NCBI GenBank assembly: GCA_051382335.1
Contig: JBBCAX010000038.1
Span: 1-58,425, forward strand
Direction: 5' to 3'
Source: Deltaproteobacteria bacterium TL4
Lineage (GTDB): Bacteria > SAR324 > NAC60-12
Length of the DNA stretch: 58,425 bases
Shown: positions 19,148 through 28,429 of the stretch, piece after piece
How the letters are laid out: each line of letters begins with the position of its first letter
Numbering within the stretch: the first letter of the stretch is position 1
The notes under the pieces: generated by a model
Told to the model about the DNA's origin: nothing
What the model saw: the letters and a program-made list of their open reading frames with translations, nothing else
Databases searched by the model: none
Program-made: the position numbers and the translations under genes

Positions 19148-20404
19148 ATGACTGATTTAATACCCTTGCATGGAGGACTTTCCTCACCTGTCAATCGAAT
19201 TATTCCCATTTCCCACCGCAAACAATTCTTACGTGAAGTTAAAGAACTTCCTGCGATTCAAGTCAGTAAAGCCGATGTGGCCATGATCTATCGGATTAGT
19301 GATGGTACGCTTTCTCCTCTCACGGGACCTATGGATAAAGAAACCTGGCACCGTGTCCTTGAAGAAGAAGTGATTGAATATAATTTTAAAAATTATGCGT
19401 GGACGATCCCTTTATCACTTCCAATCACCGAAGAAGAAGCACAAACCTTAAACTCAGGTTTGAGTGCTGCTCTAAAAGATGAAGAGGACAACTATTTTGC
19501 TATTTTAAAGCATCCTCAGATTTTCACATGGGACAAAAGTAAATACCTTCGCAGCGTTTATGGAACAGACCGGATGGATCACCCTGGCGCAGAAATGGTG
19601 ACGCAGGATCCGAGAGATCTCCTTCTTGGTGGGGAAATATGGGCGTTACCTCAAAAAGTGGATCATGCTTACAGTGAGTTTGTTTTTTCTCCTCGACAGA
19701 CACGTCTCTATATTTCTGAGCAACAATGGACCAGGGCCATTGTCTTCCAAACACGCAATCCGTTACACAGGGCCCATGAGTATGTGCTTGTCGCAGGGGT
19801 CGAATTATTAACAAAACAAGGCGCTTTTGCCGGAGCGGTTTTGAATCCTTTAGTTGGAGAACTGAAGGGGGATGATATTCCCGCTAAGGTTCGGATGGAA
19901 TGTTACCACAAGCTCTTGGCGGAAAATCTTTTGGGAGAAGGGGATAAAGAGATCACGCTTTGGGAATCAAGAGGCTATGATCTCTCGGAGGTTTTTGCTT
20001 TGATAGGGTTAGACATCAAAATGTTTTATGGGGGTCCCAAAGAAGCGGTGATGCATGCGATTTATCGGCAAAATCATGGATTTACGGACATCATCATTGG
20101 AAGAAAACATGCAGATGCGCCATTCCACGATGGTACCGCAATTTGGGGGGATTTTGAGGCACACGAAGTATTTGATCACCTTAAAGGAGATTTAAAGATC
20201 AAGCCTTGTAAAATCGGATTTGCCGCGTATTATCATAGCACGCAACGAGTGGATCTGATGGAAAACCATCCGGAGGAAAAACCTCTATTGATCAGTGGCT
20301 CTAAAATTCGTCAATCCTTACAGGATGGAGAAATACCTGATTCTCGCATCATTCGGCCTGAAATCTCAAAGATTTTGATTGACTACTATAAACAGAGTCG
20401 TTAA
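19148..20404 (+). CDS. sat: sulfate adenylyltransferase (ATP sulfurylase)
   Basis: LIPLHGG, GTLSPLTGPM, FQTRNPLHRAHEY, GPKEAVMHAIYRQNHG, ISGSKIR. Confidence 0.92.
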   Translation: MTDLIPLHGGLSSPVNRIIPISHRKQFLREVKELPAIQVSKADVAMIYRISDGTLSPLTGPMDKETWHRVLEEEVIEYNFKNYAWTIPLSLPITEEEAQTLNSGLSAALKDEEDNYFAILKHPQIFTWDKSKYLRSVYGTDRMDHPGAEMVTQDPRDLLLGGEIWALPQKVDHAYSEFVFSPRQTRLYISEQQWTRAIVFQTRNPLHRAHEYVLVAGVELLTKQGAFAGAVLNPLVGELKGDDIPAKVRMECYHKLLAENLLGEGDKEITLWESRGYDLSEVFALIGLDIKMFYGGPKEAVMHAIYRQNHGFTDIIIGRKHADAPFHDGTAIWGDFEAHEVFDHLKGDLKIKPCKIGFAAYYHSTQRVDLMENHPEEKPLLISGSKIRQSLQDGEIPDSRIIRPEISKILIDYYKQSR

Positions 20405-20499
20405 CTTGTAGTACTCTTGGACTGGATGCTTACCAGTTTCTCCGTTTCAATGGAGTTTTTATAATTCATAATTTGGCTTATATTGAAAAAGGTAAAACA

Positions 20500-21546
20500 A
20501 TGGACCCTTGGAATAAACCCCCTAAAAAATCACCGTGGGATAAAGGACCAAACCCTCCCAACATTGATGAGTTATTAGATAACCTTCAAAATCAGTTAAA
20601 AAATAGTTTTGGAGATAAGAACATTGGAGGGATCATCCTCATCGTACTCCTGGTTCTTTGGATCTCTACCGGTATTTTTATCGTTGATCCTCAAGAGCAA
20701 GCGGTTGTGAAGCGTTTTGGCGTAGTCGACAGAGTGGCGGAACCAGGACCTCATTATCATCTTCCTGCGCCTATTGAGACTATTGACAAAGAAAAAGTAA
20801 CTTCGGTTCGGAGAATAGAAATTGGATTCCGGACTGTCAGTCAAGGACCTCCTGCGAAGTATCGACAGGTTAAGAAAGAGTCTTTGATGCTCACAGGTGA
20901 TGAAAATATTGTTGATGTTCAATTTACGGTGCAGTATAAAATTGTCGATCTGCCGAGTTATCTTTATAGCATCACGGCTCCTACGGAGACGGTTCGTTCT
21001 GCGGCAGAATCCGCCATGAGAGAGGTGATTGGGCATACCACGGTGGATGAAGCCTTAACGACAGGGAAGGAATCTATCGAAACCTTGACCCGAAGCGTTT
21101 TGCAGAATATTTTAAACGTGTACCAGGCTGGAATTCGGATTGAAAACGTCAAGCTTCAGGATGTGCATCCTCCAGATGCGGTAAAAGAGGCGTTTAAAGA
21201 TGTTGCCAGTGCCAAAGAGGATAAAGAAAAACTGATTAATGAAGCCGACGGTTACGCCAATAACCTGATTCCTAAAGCTCGAGGCGAGGCGGCAGAAATT
21301 ATTAATAAGGCCAAAGCTTATGCCGAAAGAATCGTACTGGTCTCCAAAGGGGAAGCTCAACGCTTTAATGTTGTGTATGAAGAGTACAAAAAAGCCAAGG
21401 ACGTTACACGGATGAGAATCCAGCTTGAAACGATGGAGATTGTTCTGCCTAAAGTCAATAAAGTGATTGCGGATCCCGAGTTGGCGAAAAACGTGTTACC
21501 CTTCTTACCCTTGAATCAATTAGGGGTGAAAACAGACGTAAAATAA
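20500..21546 (+). CDS. hflK: FtsH protease modulator HflK
   Basis: DPW..PP..IDELL N-terminus, TM helix, SPFH domain (MLTGDENIVDV), AFKDV..A.ED, NEADGYAN..IPKARGEA. Confidence 0.92.
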   Translation: MDPWNKPPKKSPWDKGPNPPNIDELLDNLQNQLKNSFGDKNIGGIILIVLLVLWISTGIFIVDPQEQAVVKRFGVVDRVAEPGPHYHLPAPIETIDKEKVTSVRRIEIGFRTVSQGPPAKYRQVKKESLMLTGDENIVDVQFTVQYKIVDLPSYLYSITAPTETVRSAAESAMREVIGHTTVDEALTTGKESIETLTRSVLQNILNVYQAGIRIENVKLQDVHPPDAVKEAFKDVASAKEDKEKLINEADGYANNLIPKARGEAAEIINKAKAYAERIVLVSKGEAQRFNVVYEEYKKAKDVTRMRIQLETMEIVLPKVNKVIADPELAKNVLPFLPLNQLGVKTDVK

Positions 21547-21724
21547 AAGTGGGTGGGTTCAAAAAAGCAAGGCTGTTAAAAAGTTTGCAAGTTCCAGTAA
21601 ATTTTGATTTGTATTAGTTTATGAGTGTCTATTTGGGAAATTTGGCCCCGTTACGTGTTCATCGTCAAATCTCGAAAGATGAGTAATCCACCAGTATTCA
21701 ATTAGTTAACATAGAGGAGTTGAT

Positions 21725-22060
21725 ATGCAGCTAAATCACCGAATTGAAAACAATGTCTGCATTTTATCTGTTGAAGGTAATATTGCCCTAGATGGAGTTA
21801 GTGATGTCAAAAGTTATTTAAAGCCTTTCTTAAATGATGGTGCGGTTAAAGGTGTCGTGATTAACTTTGAACATGTCAATTTTATTGATTCTTCAGGAAT
21901 CGGGTTGATTGTCTCCGTATTCAAAACCTTACAGCAGCGAGAGGCGAAGTTGGCCTTATGTAAGCTCAGTCAAAAGAATCAGGAAATTTTTAATATGACT
22001 CGATTGGACAAAATACTGAGTATTTTTAGTTCTGAGAAAGATGCGCTCGCCAGTATCTAG
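21725..22060 (+). CDS. STAS-domain anti-sigma factor antagonist
   Basis: VNFIDSSGIGLIV motif. Strong GAGGAG RBS. Confidence 0.9.
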   Translation: MQLNHRIENNVCILSVEGNIALDGVSDVKSYLKPFLNDGAVKGVVINFEHVNFIDSSGIGLIVSVFKTLQQREAKLALCKLSQKNQEIFNMTRLDKILSIFSSEKDALASI

Positions 22061-22171
22061 TTTTTTCACATCAATGGAGCCCGATCGTGTGCTCCATTTC
22101 CTTCCGTTCTCGTTCCAGTAGAATCAAATTTACAGTTACCCGCTTGACGTGACACAGATGGCTGCATACGC

Positions 22172-22828
22172 CTACACTTCAAGAATTTGATGAGACTCAA
22201 TCTTATAGTGATGCAAGTGGGGATCGTTCCACAGTCGTGCGTCGTTTGCTGTCACGATGATGGTCGTCTCCAATTGAGTCGACATTTCTGAAAGAACGTG
22301 TTGGAGCGTATTAGCAAAACTTGGCTCCAAAAATTGTAAGGGATCCTCCGCTAATATAAGTGAAGGTTGATGCACCAGAACTCTTGCAATCTGTACTAAT
22401 TGTTGTTCTCCTAAAGATAATGTGGCAATAGGGACTTTCATATAGGGGTAGAGACCCAGCATTTCGGAAACTTCTTCAAGCTGACGTTGTATCTTTTTAG
22501 ACGTAATTCCTGCTCTTCCTGCCTGTAATACAATATTTTCTTTGACATTGAGGTCTTTAAAAAATCTGAGTGATTGATCTATCCAACCAATGCGTTGTCG
22601 ATAGGCGGCCAGGGGTTTTCCGCTTAATCGTCCCAGTCTTTGATTGTAGAACAAAATGTCTCCGCCATCAGGCAGAATCTGATTCAGGATCAGTTGCATC
22701 AATGTTGATTTCCCACTTCCTGTAGGGCCACTCAAACAACTGAAGGTTCCGGCGGGTATCTGGAATGAAGCATGGTCAAAGACTAATCGATTTCCATAAT
22801 ACTTGGTTACCGCTTGAAAATGAAGCAT
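22172..22828 (-). CDS. FtsE-like ABC ATP-binding protein with degenerate motifs
   Basis: Walker A GPTGSGKS, RQRIGW, signature LSLGEQQ, Walker B region LILAEDP. Confidence 0.75.
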   Translation of the reverse strand: MLHFQAVTKYYGNRLVFDHASFQIPAGTFSCLSGPTGSGKSTLMQLILNQILPDGGDILFYNQRLGRLSGKPLAAYRQRIGWIDQSLRFFKDLNVKENIVLQAGRAGITSKKIQRQLEEVSEMLGLYPYMKVPIATLSLGEQQLVQIARVLVHQPSLILAEDPLQFLEPSFANTLQHVLSEMSTQLETTIIVTANDARLWNDPHLHHYKIESHQILEV

Positions 22829-22885
22829 GTTTGGAACACAGAGCTGAGATTTAAAAATAGAAATAAAACAATTAAAGCTGACTTC

Positions 22886-22981
22886 TTAACCTTCAAATCG
22901 TGCTATTCGGCGATCAATGTGTGCCATCATTTTTTTAATTTCTTGTTGCAAATTGTGGCAATATTCTTTTGTTGAACTCAT
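22886..22981 (-). CDS. small ORF (31 aa, MSSTKEYCHNLQQEIKKMMAHIDRRIARFEG), not in the ORF track
   Basis: GGAGG-AAAA-ATG on the minus strand, helical heptad-like peptide, TAA at 22886-22888. Confidence 0.45.
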   Translation of the reverse strand: MSSTKEYCHNLQQEIKKMMAHIDRRIARFEG

Positions 22982-23319
22982 TTTTCCTCCATAAATTAAT
23001 AATAACTATAGTTCATAATTAATACTCCATTCGAGCCTTCTCCAAGTAAAAGCAATTTGAAGGCCAGTTTATTCAAGATTGCTGCTGATGGATCAAAAGT
23101 TGAAGAAAATGGGGTGATTCAAGAACTGATAACTGACTGTTACAAACTAATAACTCTTGAGTTCTATAGGGAGATGGATTAAAGACTTCAACCCTAAAGA
23201 GGTAACGGGCCCTCTTTATTATCTTGCGGCAAAAGGAACTTCTTATCTTCCGCTGACACCGGAAATTTATGAGGAGATTCAAAGCGAGAAAATCAGAGTG
23301 TGATATTCTTCAAAACTTT

Positions 23320-23354
23320 TTACAGTTTTCCTTTTCAAAAAAGGAAAACTGTAA
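23320..23354 (-). terminator. intrinsic terminator-like hairpin
   Basis: 16-bp perfect stem TTACAGTTTTCCTTTT / AAAAGGAAAACTGTAA just downstream of the 23365 stop. Confidence 0.6.
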
Positions 23355-23364
23355 GCAAGGTTGA

Positions 23365-24591
23365 CTAAAACAAGACAGCCAGTTGGAGACATCCGACGAG
23401 GAATCCCAGCACTGCGCCTCCGAGTGTCATAATCCATTCGTCTTCTTCAAAGATAGGTCGCACCAAGCGTTCAAACTGTTCCGGTGCTAAATCGTTCACT
23501 TTGCTTTTAACATAGTTTTCAACATCAAGAGCTTCATAAGCATAGGCATGAATATGCTTCGCGTGTTCTGGAAGATCTACCATGATTTTTGCGATCGCTT
23601 TGTCTTTCATTTCAATATAACGTTTGGTTCCAACGGTCATTAAGACGAAAGGTTTTGCTGCTCCAGCTTGCTTGTCAATGGCGTTTTGAACATGTTTGTG
23701 TACCATCTTGAAAAGTCGGTCAGAAGAGGGGCCTTTCAAAATACCGAGGATAACCCGCTCAGGAGTCATAATCTCATTAGCAATCAGAATTCCTTGTTCT
23801 GCGGCAATTTCGTTTTTACGCTTAAAAAACAAACCCCAAATCGTAAACGGACCAATTTTGATGGGATGTCTAGGTTCAAAGATCATTTTTAAGGCGACCA
23901 CATTGGTGATGTATCCACAAAGGGTTCCAAAAGCCGGTAAGACCCACCAATCGTTGATATAAAGCATAAAAATCATCTGAAAAACCCCTAAAGGAAAGCC
24001 AAAATAGAATCCAGAATATTTTACGAATTCCATTTCCTTTTCAGCAGATTTTTTAAAGATATCACAGAGAACATCAATATCTTCGGTCAGTGTTTCTATC
24101 AGCATGGACTTCACATCAAAAACCTGCTCAATATTTTGTTGGATATCTGCCATCATTTCGGCGATTACAGCGGGGGCTTCGTCTTTAACCATTTGATAAA
24201 TTTGTGTTTTGATCGAAGTCGGAAGAGCTTCCCAAATAGTAGGAATTTCACGACGCATCAAATCACTCATGAACTCTTCAATAATCCCTAACATGAAGGG
24301 TTCCAGTTCTTCTGTAATTCGGTGAGCTTCAAATTTTGCGAATAATTCTTTGAGGTCCAGCAGGGAATCCACCATGGTCTCAACAGCGATATTCGCAAAT
24401 TTTGGCGCAAGCCGAACAACCACCCCTTGCCACCCCAAGTAGGGTGGGATTCCAACAAATTTCTTTGGATTAAAAGCCATCCAAATGGCTAACGCGTTTG
24501 TGATAAATCCAATAATCGCACTAATAAAGGGAATACTGACATAAGAAATCCAATTATTAGCGAACTCTTGCCACACGGATACTTCAGGCAT
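23365..24591 (-). CDS. DUF445-family membrane protein
   Basis: IIGFITNALAIWMAFNP..GWQGVV, internally repeated as GYITNVVALKMIFEP..WGLF. C-terminal FE.LVRPIFEEDEW...GAVLGFLVG. Confidence 0.8.
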   Translation of the reverse strand: MPEVSVWQEFANNWISYVSIPFISAIIGFITNALAIWMAFNPKKFVGIPPYLGWQGVVVRLAPKFANIAVETMVDSLLDLKELFAKFEAHRITEELEPFMLGIIEEFMSDLMRREIPTIWEALPTSIKTQIYQMVKDEAPAVIAEMMADIQQNIEQVFDVKSMLIETLTEDIDVLCDIFKKSAEKEMEFVKYSGFYFGFPLGVFQMIFMLYINDWWVLPAFGTLCGYITNVVALKMIFEPRHPIKIGPFTIWGLFFKRKNEIAAEQGILIANEIMTPERVILGILKGPSSDRLFKMVHKHVQNAIDKQAGAAKPFVLMTVGTKRYIEMKDKAIAKIMVDLPEHAKHIHAYAYEALDVENYVKSKVNDLAPEQFERLVRPIFEEDEWIMTLGGAVLGFLVGCLQLAVLF

Positions 24592-24796
24592 AATGCTCCT
24601 CCAATTAAGTTAATAAAAAAAAGGTCTCTTTTGTTGATTAGAAAATATATTTCATAAAATCAAGTATGACTTTAAAGAAAACACTTTTATTTTATGATTC
24701 TTCTCAAGATGCTTAGTTTTCTTGTTTTCACATTTACATTGCCTTGTGTTTTTTATAGATAATTTACTATTGCTTCGAGAATAGTTCTCCTCTGTA

Positions 24797-26149
24797 ATGA
24801 TGGACGGTTTGTTTATGGTACTTAAAGTCTTGGATATTGCTTTCCGGTGGCTCTTATTAATCACAGTAGGGGTTTTGGGGGTGGTTACGTTTGCGTTACC
24901 TGAAGTTCCAGCATGGGTTAATTACAGCTTTATCCTATCCGTCACAGGAAATGTGGGATATTTTGCGAATTATCTGTTCATTGCGATGTTGTTTCATCCG
25001 AAAAGGGGAAAAGTTCTGGGTTGGAGCGGATTGATTCCCGAGTATCAGCCAGAACTGGCACAACTCCTGGTTGAGAAAGTCGAAAGTCAGATGCTCGATT
25101 CTCAGCTGATTATCGATTACATTTACGAAAATCGTTTTATTGAAGCAGGGGTTCAACAGTTTAGTGTCCAATTATTAAGCGCGCTCAATGAGCCTAAAAA
25201 TCGTGAAGGCTATGTCCAGCAATTTTTGGAATTTCTCCAAGACCGTGTTCCGCCTTTTCTCGATGTTGTTTTTGTCCTTCTAAGTCAATTGCTCGTTTAT
25301 ACCTCACAAAACGGACCCCTCCTGGAAAAATACTGGATGAAATTTCGGAAAATAATTATTGCCAATTTGGAAGATCAGAAAAAACGGGAAAAATTGGTTC
25401 TGTTTGTGTATCGTGTCCTGCTTAAAAATATTCCTAAAATTGCCCAACTTTTGAATGAATACATCGCTCAGTATTTTCGAGACAATCAACGTGAATTGGG
25501 TATCAATCTCAGTAAACGTATGATCTTCAACACCAAAAACACAGAACATATTTTACAAGAACTGATGGAAGAACCTGAAACTGTAGGACAGATCATTGGT
25601 GTTTTAGATGGCTTGGTAGCCTTGACCTTGCTTAAGTTACAAGACCCTGAAGTTCAAGAATTAATCATTTCCAAAATGGATCAATGGAGAGCCTACGGCG
25701 TGTACGTTAAAGAAACAGCCTTTCCTGAAAATATGGAGCTTCTTCAGGAATTTCTATGTGTTGATGAAAATTGGAACTTCATCAACATGGGGATTAGCGT
25801 TGTTGTTCAGCGTGTGGAACCCACAGTCATTCAATTTGCCCAATCGGATAAAGTTCGAGGCTCTCTAAAAACGGCGATTGATCATTACATCCAGGAATTC
25901 AATATTCAACAATGGATTAAAGACAAGGTCATGTCCTATGATACCAACGAACTTGAAGAGTTACTGATGGATGAAGAGGGGGTCAAGCTGGGGGTCAGCC
26001 GATTATTTTGCGGGATTTTTGGTATGCTGATCGGAACCGTACTCATCCATTCCGCGTTCTTTATTCCACTCCTCATTCTATTCCTGACGGTTCAATATTC
26101 AAAAGCAAAAAATAGAAAATCGTCCTCTCAGCAAGAGCCTCAGAAATAA
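24797..26149 (+). CDS. DUF445-family membrane protein
   Basis: VGYFANYLFIAMLFHP..GWSGLIP, long helical middle, C-terminal ELEELL...GIFGMLIG TM region. Confidence 0.7.
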   Translation: MMDGLFMVLKVLDIAFRWLLLITVGVLGVVTFALPEVPAWVNYSFILSVTGNVGYFANYLFIAMLFHPKRGKVLGWSGLIPEYQPELAQLLVEKVESQMLDSQLIIDYIYENRFIEAGVQQFSVQLLSALNEPKNREGYVQQFLEFLQDRVPPFLDVVFVLLSQLLVYTSQNGPLLEKYWMKFRKIIIANLEDQKKREKLVLFVYRVLLKNIPKIAQLLNEYIAQYFRDNQRELGINLSKRMIFNTKNTEHILQELMEEPETVGQIIGVLDGLVALTLLKLQDPEVQELIISKMDQWRAYGVYVKETAFPENMELLQEFLCVDENWNFINMGISVVVQRVEPTVIQFAQSDKVRGSLKTAIDHYIQEFNIQQWIKDKVMSYDTNELEELLMDEEGVKLGVSRLFCGIFGMLIGTVLIHSAFFIPLLILFLTVQYSKAKNRKSSSQQEPQK

Positions 26150-26154
26150 GAATA

Positions 26155-26348
26155 TATAGATGCTCATTTAATTATATTCAGAAAATTCATCCTGTTGCGT
26201 GATCCGTTTAAACAACGCTGTTTCAGGAGTGCCAAAGCTTACTTTGGCCAGAAAGGCGATGGCCTTTCTTTGGATTTGGCCAAAGCAAGCTTTGGCACTC
26301 CACAGTCTGGGTGAGACTCAAATGAATTTATTTAAATGACCGTCTATA
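26155..26348. mobile_element. MITE-like element (26-bp imperfect TIRs) containing a nested REP pair
   Basis: Ends TATAGATGCTCATTTAATTATATTCA and TGAATTTATTTAAATGACCGTCTATA match 22/26 as inverted repeats. Inner inverted pair GGAGTGCCAAAGCTT(A/G)CTTTGGCCA at 26226-26250 and 26277-26301. Confidence 0.65.
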
Positions 26349-26380
26349 GGAAGAAATTATGTTCAAGTCTGTTTGAAGTG

Positions 26381-26410
26381 TAGACATTCCAGATCCAATT
26401 TTGTTATAGC
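26381..26410 (+). promoter_or_regulatory. putative sigma70 promoter
   Basis: TAGACA-N18-TATAGC with an extended -10 TG, upstream of the 26465 start. Confidence 0.3.
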
Positions 26411-26464
26411 CTAAAGAGTGTGTATTTTTACTTAGGAATTATCATCGTCCATTATAGAGGTAAC

Positions 26465-27028
26465 ATGAGTACAGAAGTGAAGACAAACAAAGCGGCTGAG
26501 TTGATTGACAATATTAAAAACGCTGTTGATAGTGCGACTGCAGGCGTCTTAGGGGAAGCTTTGAAAAACACGGATAAAGCAGGAGAACTTTCTGAGGCTA
26601 TTAAAAAAGCAGTGGAAGGCGCAATCAGCGAAGGTTTGAAAAGTACCAACAAAGCCAGTGAGCTTACAGAAACCATCATGAGTAAAATTGACACCGCACT
26701 GGATGAAGCGTTGAAAAATACGGAAAAAGCAGTTGAAATTACCGCATCCATTAAAGAAAATATTGAAAATGTTCTTGAAATTGTATTGAAAAATATCATG
26801 AAAGCTGGAGAAATAACGACTTTTGTAGTTCGTGCGGTTGAAGTCCTTTTGACGCAAGCGCAAAAAGGGACGGAAAAAACAGGTCAATTGGCTGAATCAA
26901 TTACCGGTGTGGTAGAAGGGGTGCTGAAACAAGTATTGGAGAACACAGAAAAAGTTGGAGAAGCAACCACAAACCTTAGAGATCGGGTTAAAGGCGCTTT
27001 AGAAGATGCTCTGAGAAAAGTTCAATAA
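26465..27028 (+). CDS. amphipathic 25-residue helical repeat protein
   Basis: Seven repeats T(N/D/E)KAxEL...ALKN. ATG at 26465 follows AGAGGT. Confidence 0.8.
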   Translation: MSTEVKTNKAAELIDNIKNAVDSATAGVLGEALKNTDKAGELSEAIKKAVEGAISEGLKSTNKASELTETIMSKIDTALDEALKNTEKAVEITASIKENIENVLEIVLKNIMKAGEITTFVVRAVEVLLTQAQKGTEKTGQLAESITGVVEGVLKQVLENTEKVGEATTNLRDRVKGALEDALRKVQ

Positions 27029-27097
27029 TTTACGCCTACTAAGGTAATGGCTCGGCATTGCTATTTTTGAGTTTAATTCTTCAATAGAAAAAGTATC

Positions 27098-27958
27098 ATG
27101 AACAGAGCTTTGGTTATTTATCATGCGGATTGTCTTGATGGATTTGGAGCTGCCTTTGCGATCCATAAACATTTCCAAAACAGTCACGCCTCTCAATGTG
27201 AATTTCATGGAGCTTATCATGGCACTGAACCTCCTGCAATTGAGGGCCGAGAACTTTACCTGGTAGACTTTTCTTACAAACGCACCGTACTTAAAAAACT
27301 GTGTGCGCAATCAAAACGTGTCACGATCATTGATCATCACATTTCTACCCAACAGGATCTCTCAGGCCTGGATCAGGAAATTGAGAATTTGACCGTTCAT
27401 TTCGATATGAAGCAATCAGGTGCTGTCATGACGTGGAAACTTTTCCACTCGACGCCTCCCCCTTCGTTATTGCTGCATATCCAGGACCTTGACTTGTGGA
27501 ACTTCCAGTTGGAAGGAACCCAGGACATTACCTCTGCACTGATGTCATACCCCTACGATTTTGAACAATGGACCCAATTGATGGTTGACGACCGGCTTGT
27601 CTTGCTGAGAACGGAAGGCGAGGCGATCAATCGTTATCGTCAACAAATGATTGAGGTCCATAAAAGAAAGGTCGTCATTGCTAATATCGCAGGCTATCAA
27701 GTCCCTGTGGTTAATTGTCCCGGAGTGATCCTCAGCGATTTAGTGGGAGAATTAGCAAAAGATTACCCTTTTGCCGCAGGTTACCAGGATATAGGGACAC
27801 AACGAAAATGGTCTTTACGCTCAAGGGGAGAGGAAGGTCTGGATGTCGCGAAAATGGCGGAACAATTTGGTGGGGGGGGACATCGGAATGCTGCTGGTTT
27901 TCAAACAGAACTCCCTGAATCCCTTTTGTCCGTTCAACCCCCGACTGCAACTATTTAG
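27098..27958 (+). CDS. DHH/DHHA1-family phosphoesterase
   Basis: YHADCLDG, VDFS, IIDHH, SLRS, FGGGGHRNAAG. Confidence 0.88.
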   Translation: MNRALVIYHADCLDGFGAAFAIHKHFQNSHASQCEFHGAYHGTEPPAIEGRELYLVDFSYKRTVLKKLCAQSKRVTIIDHHISTQQDLSGLDQEIENLTVHFDMKQSGAVMTWKLFHSTPPPSLLLHIQDLDLWNFQLEGTQDITSALMSYPYDFEQWTQLMVDDRLVLLRTEGEAINRYRQQMIEVHKRKVVIANIAGYQVPVVNCPGVILSDLVGELAKDYPFAAGYQDIGTQRKWSLRSRGEEGLDVAKMAEQFGGGGHRNAAGFQTELPESLLSVQPPTATI

Positions 27959-28202
27959 CCGCAAATGAACGCAGGTTAATTTGAATCCAAAGCATTATTT
28001 TTAAGCGGAATATAACTTATACCAAAGGGATCCTTATGCCATCTTCTGTCCCAATATCTAGCAAAAATCCGGTCCTATCCTGGGTACCTCATGTCTGAAA
28101 CAGGTCCTGTGTGTGAAAGGATGAACCGATCTTAAAACAGTTTGAATTTTGTTTCCTGTTAAGGTAGGTTGACTTTTTTATCCTTTAACTCTGGCCAAGA
28201 CG

Positions 28203-28352
28203 ATGAGTGTGATCTATGTGTTATTGCCTCTGTCACTCTTTTTAGGCGGAGGCTCCTTAATTTTATTTCTTATTGCCTTAAGATCAGGTCAATTTGATGA
28301 TCTGGAAACCCCAGCGTATCGGGTTTTATTTGATGAGGATCAACGGGAATAA
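28203..28352 (+). CDS. ccoS: cbb3-type oxidase assembly protein CcoS (not in the ORF track)
   Basis: Translates as MSVIYVLLPLSLFLGGGSLILFLIALRSGQFDDLETPAYRVLFDEDQRE, with the CcoS/FixS motif SGQFDDLE.PA.R.LFD. Confidence 0.9.
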   Translation: MSVIYVLLPLSLFLGGGSLILFLIALRSGQFDDLETPAYRVLFDEDQRE

Positions 28353-28429
28353 TCCTGTCATTTATTAACATGCAGGAGCGTGATAAGGATAACGATGCCT
28401 TGGACGTTCCTAAGTTCCAGGAGTAATTT

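Noticed and set aside
26465..27028. Gas vesicle protein GvpC
   Set aside because: The repeat period is 25, not 33, and no gvpA/N/F/L genes are nearby.
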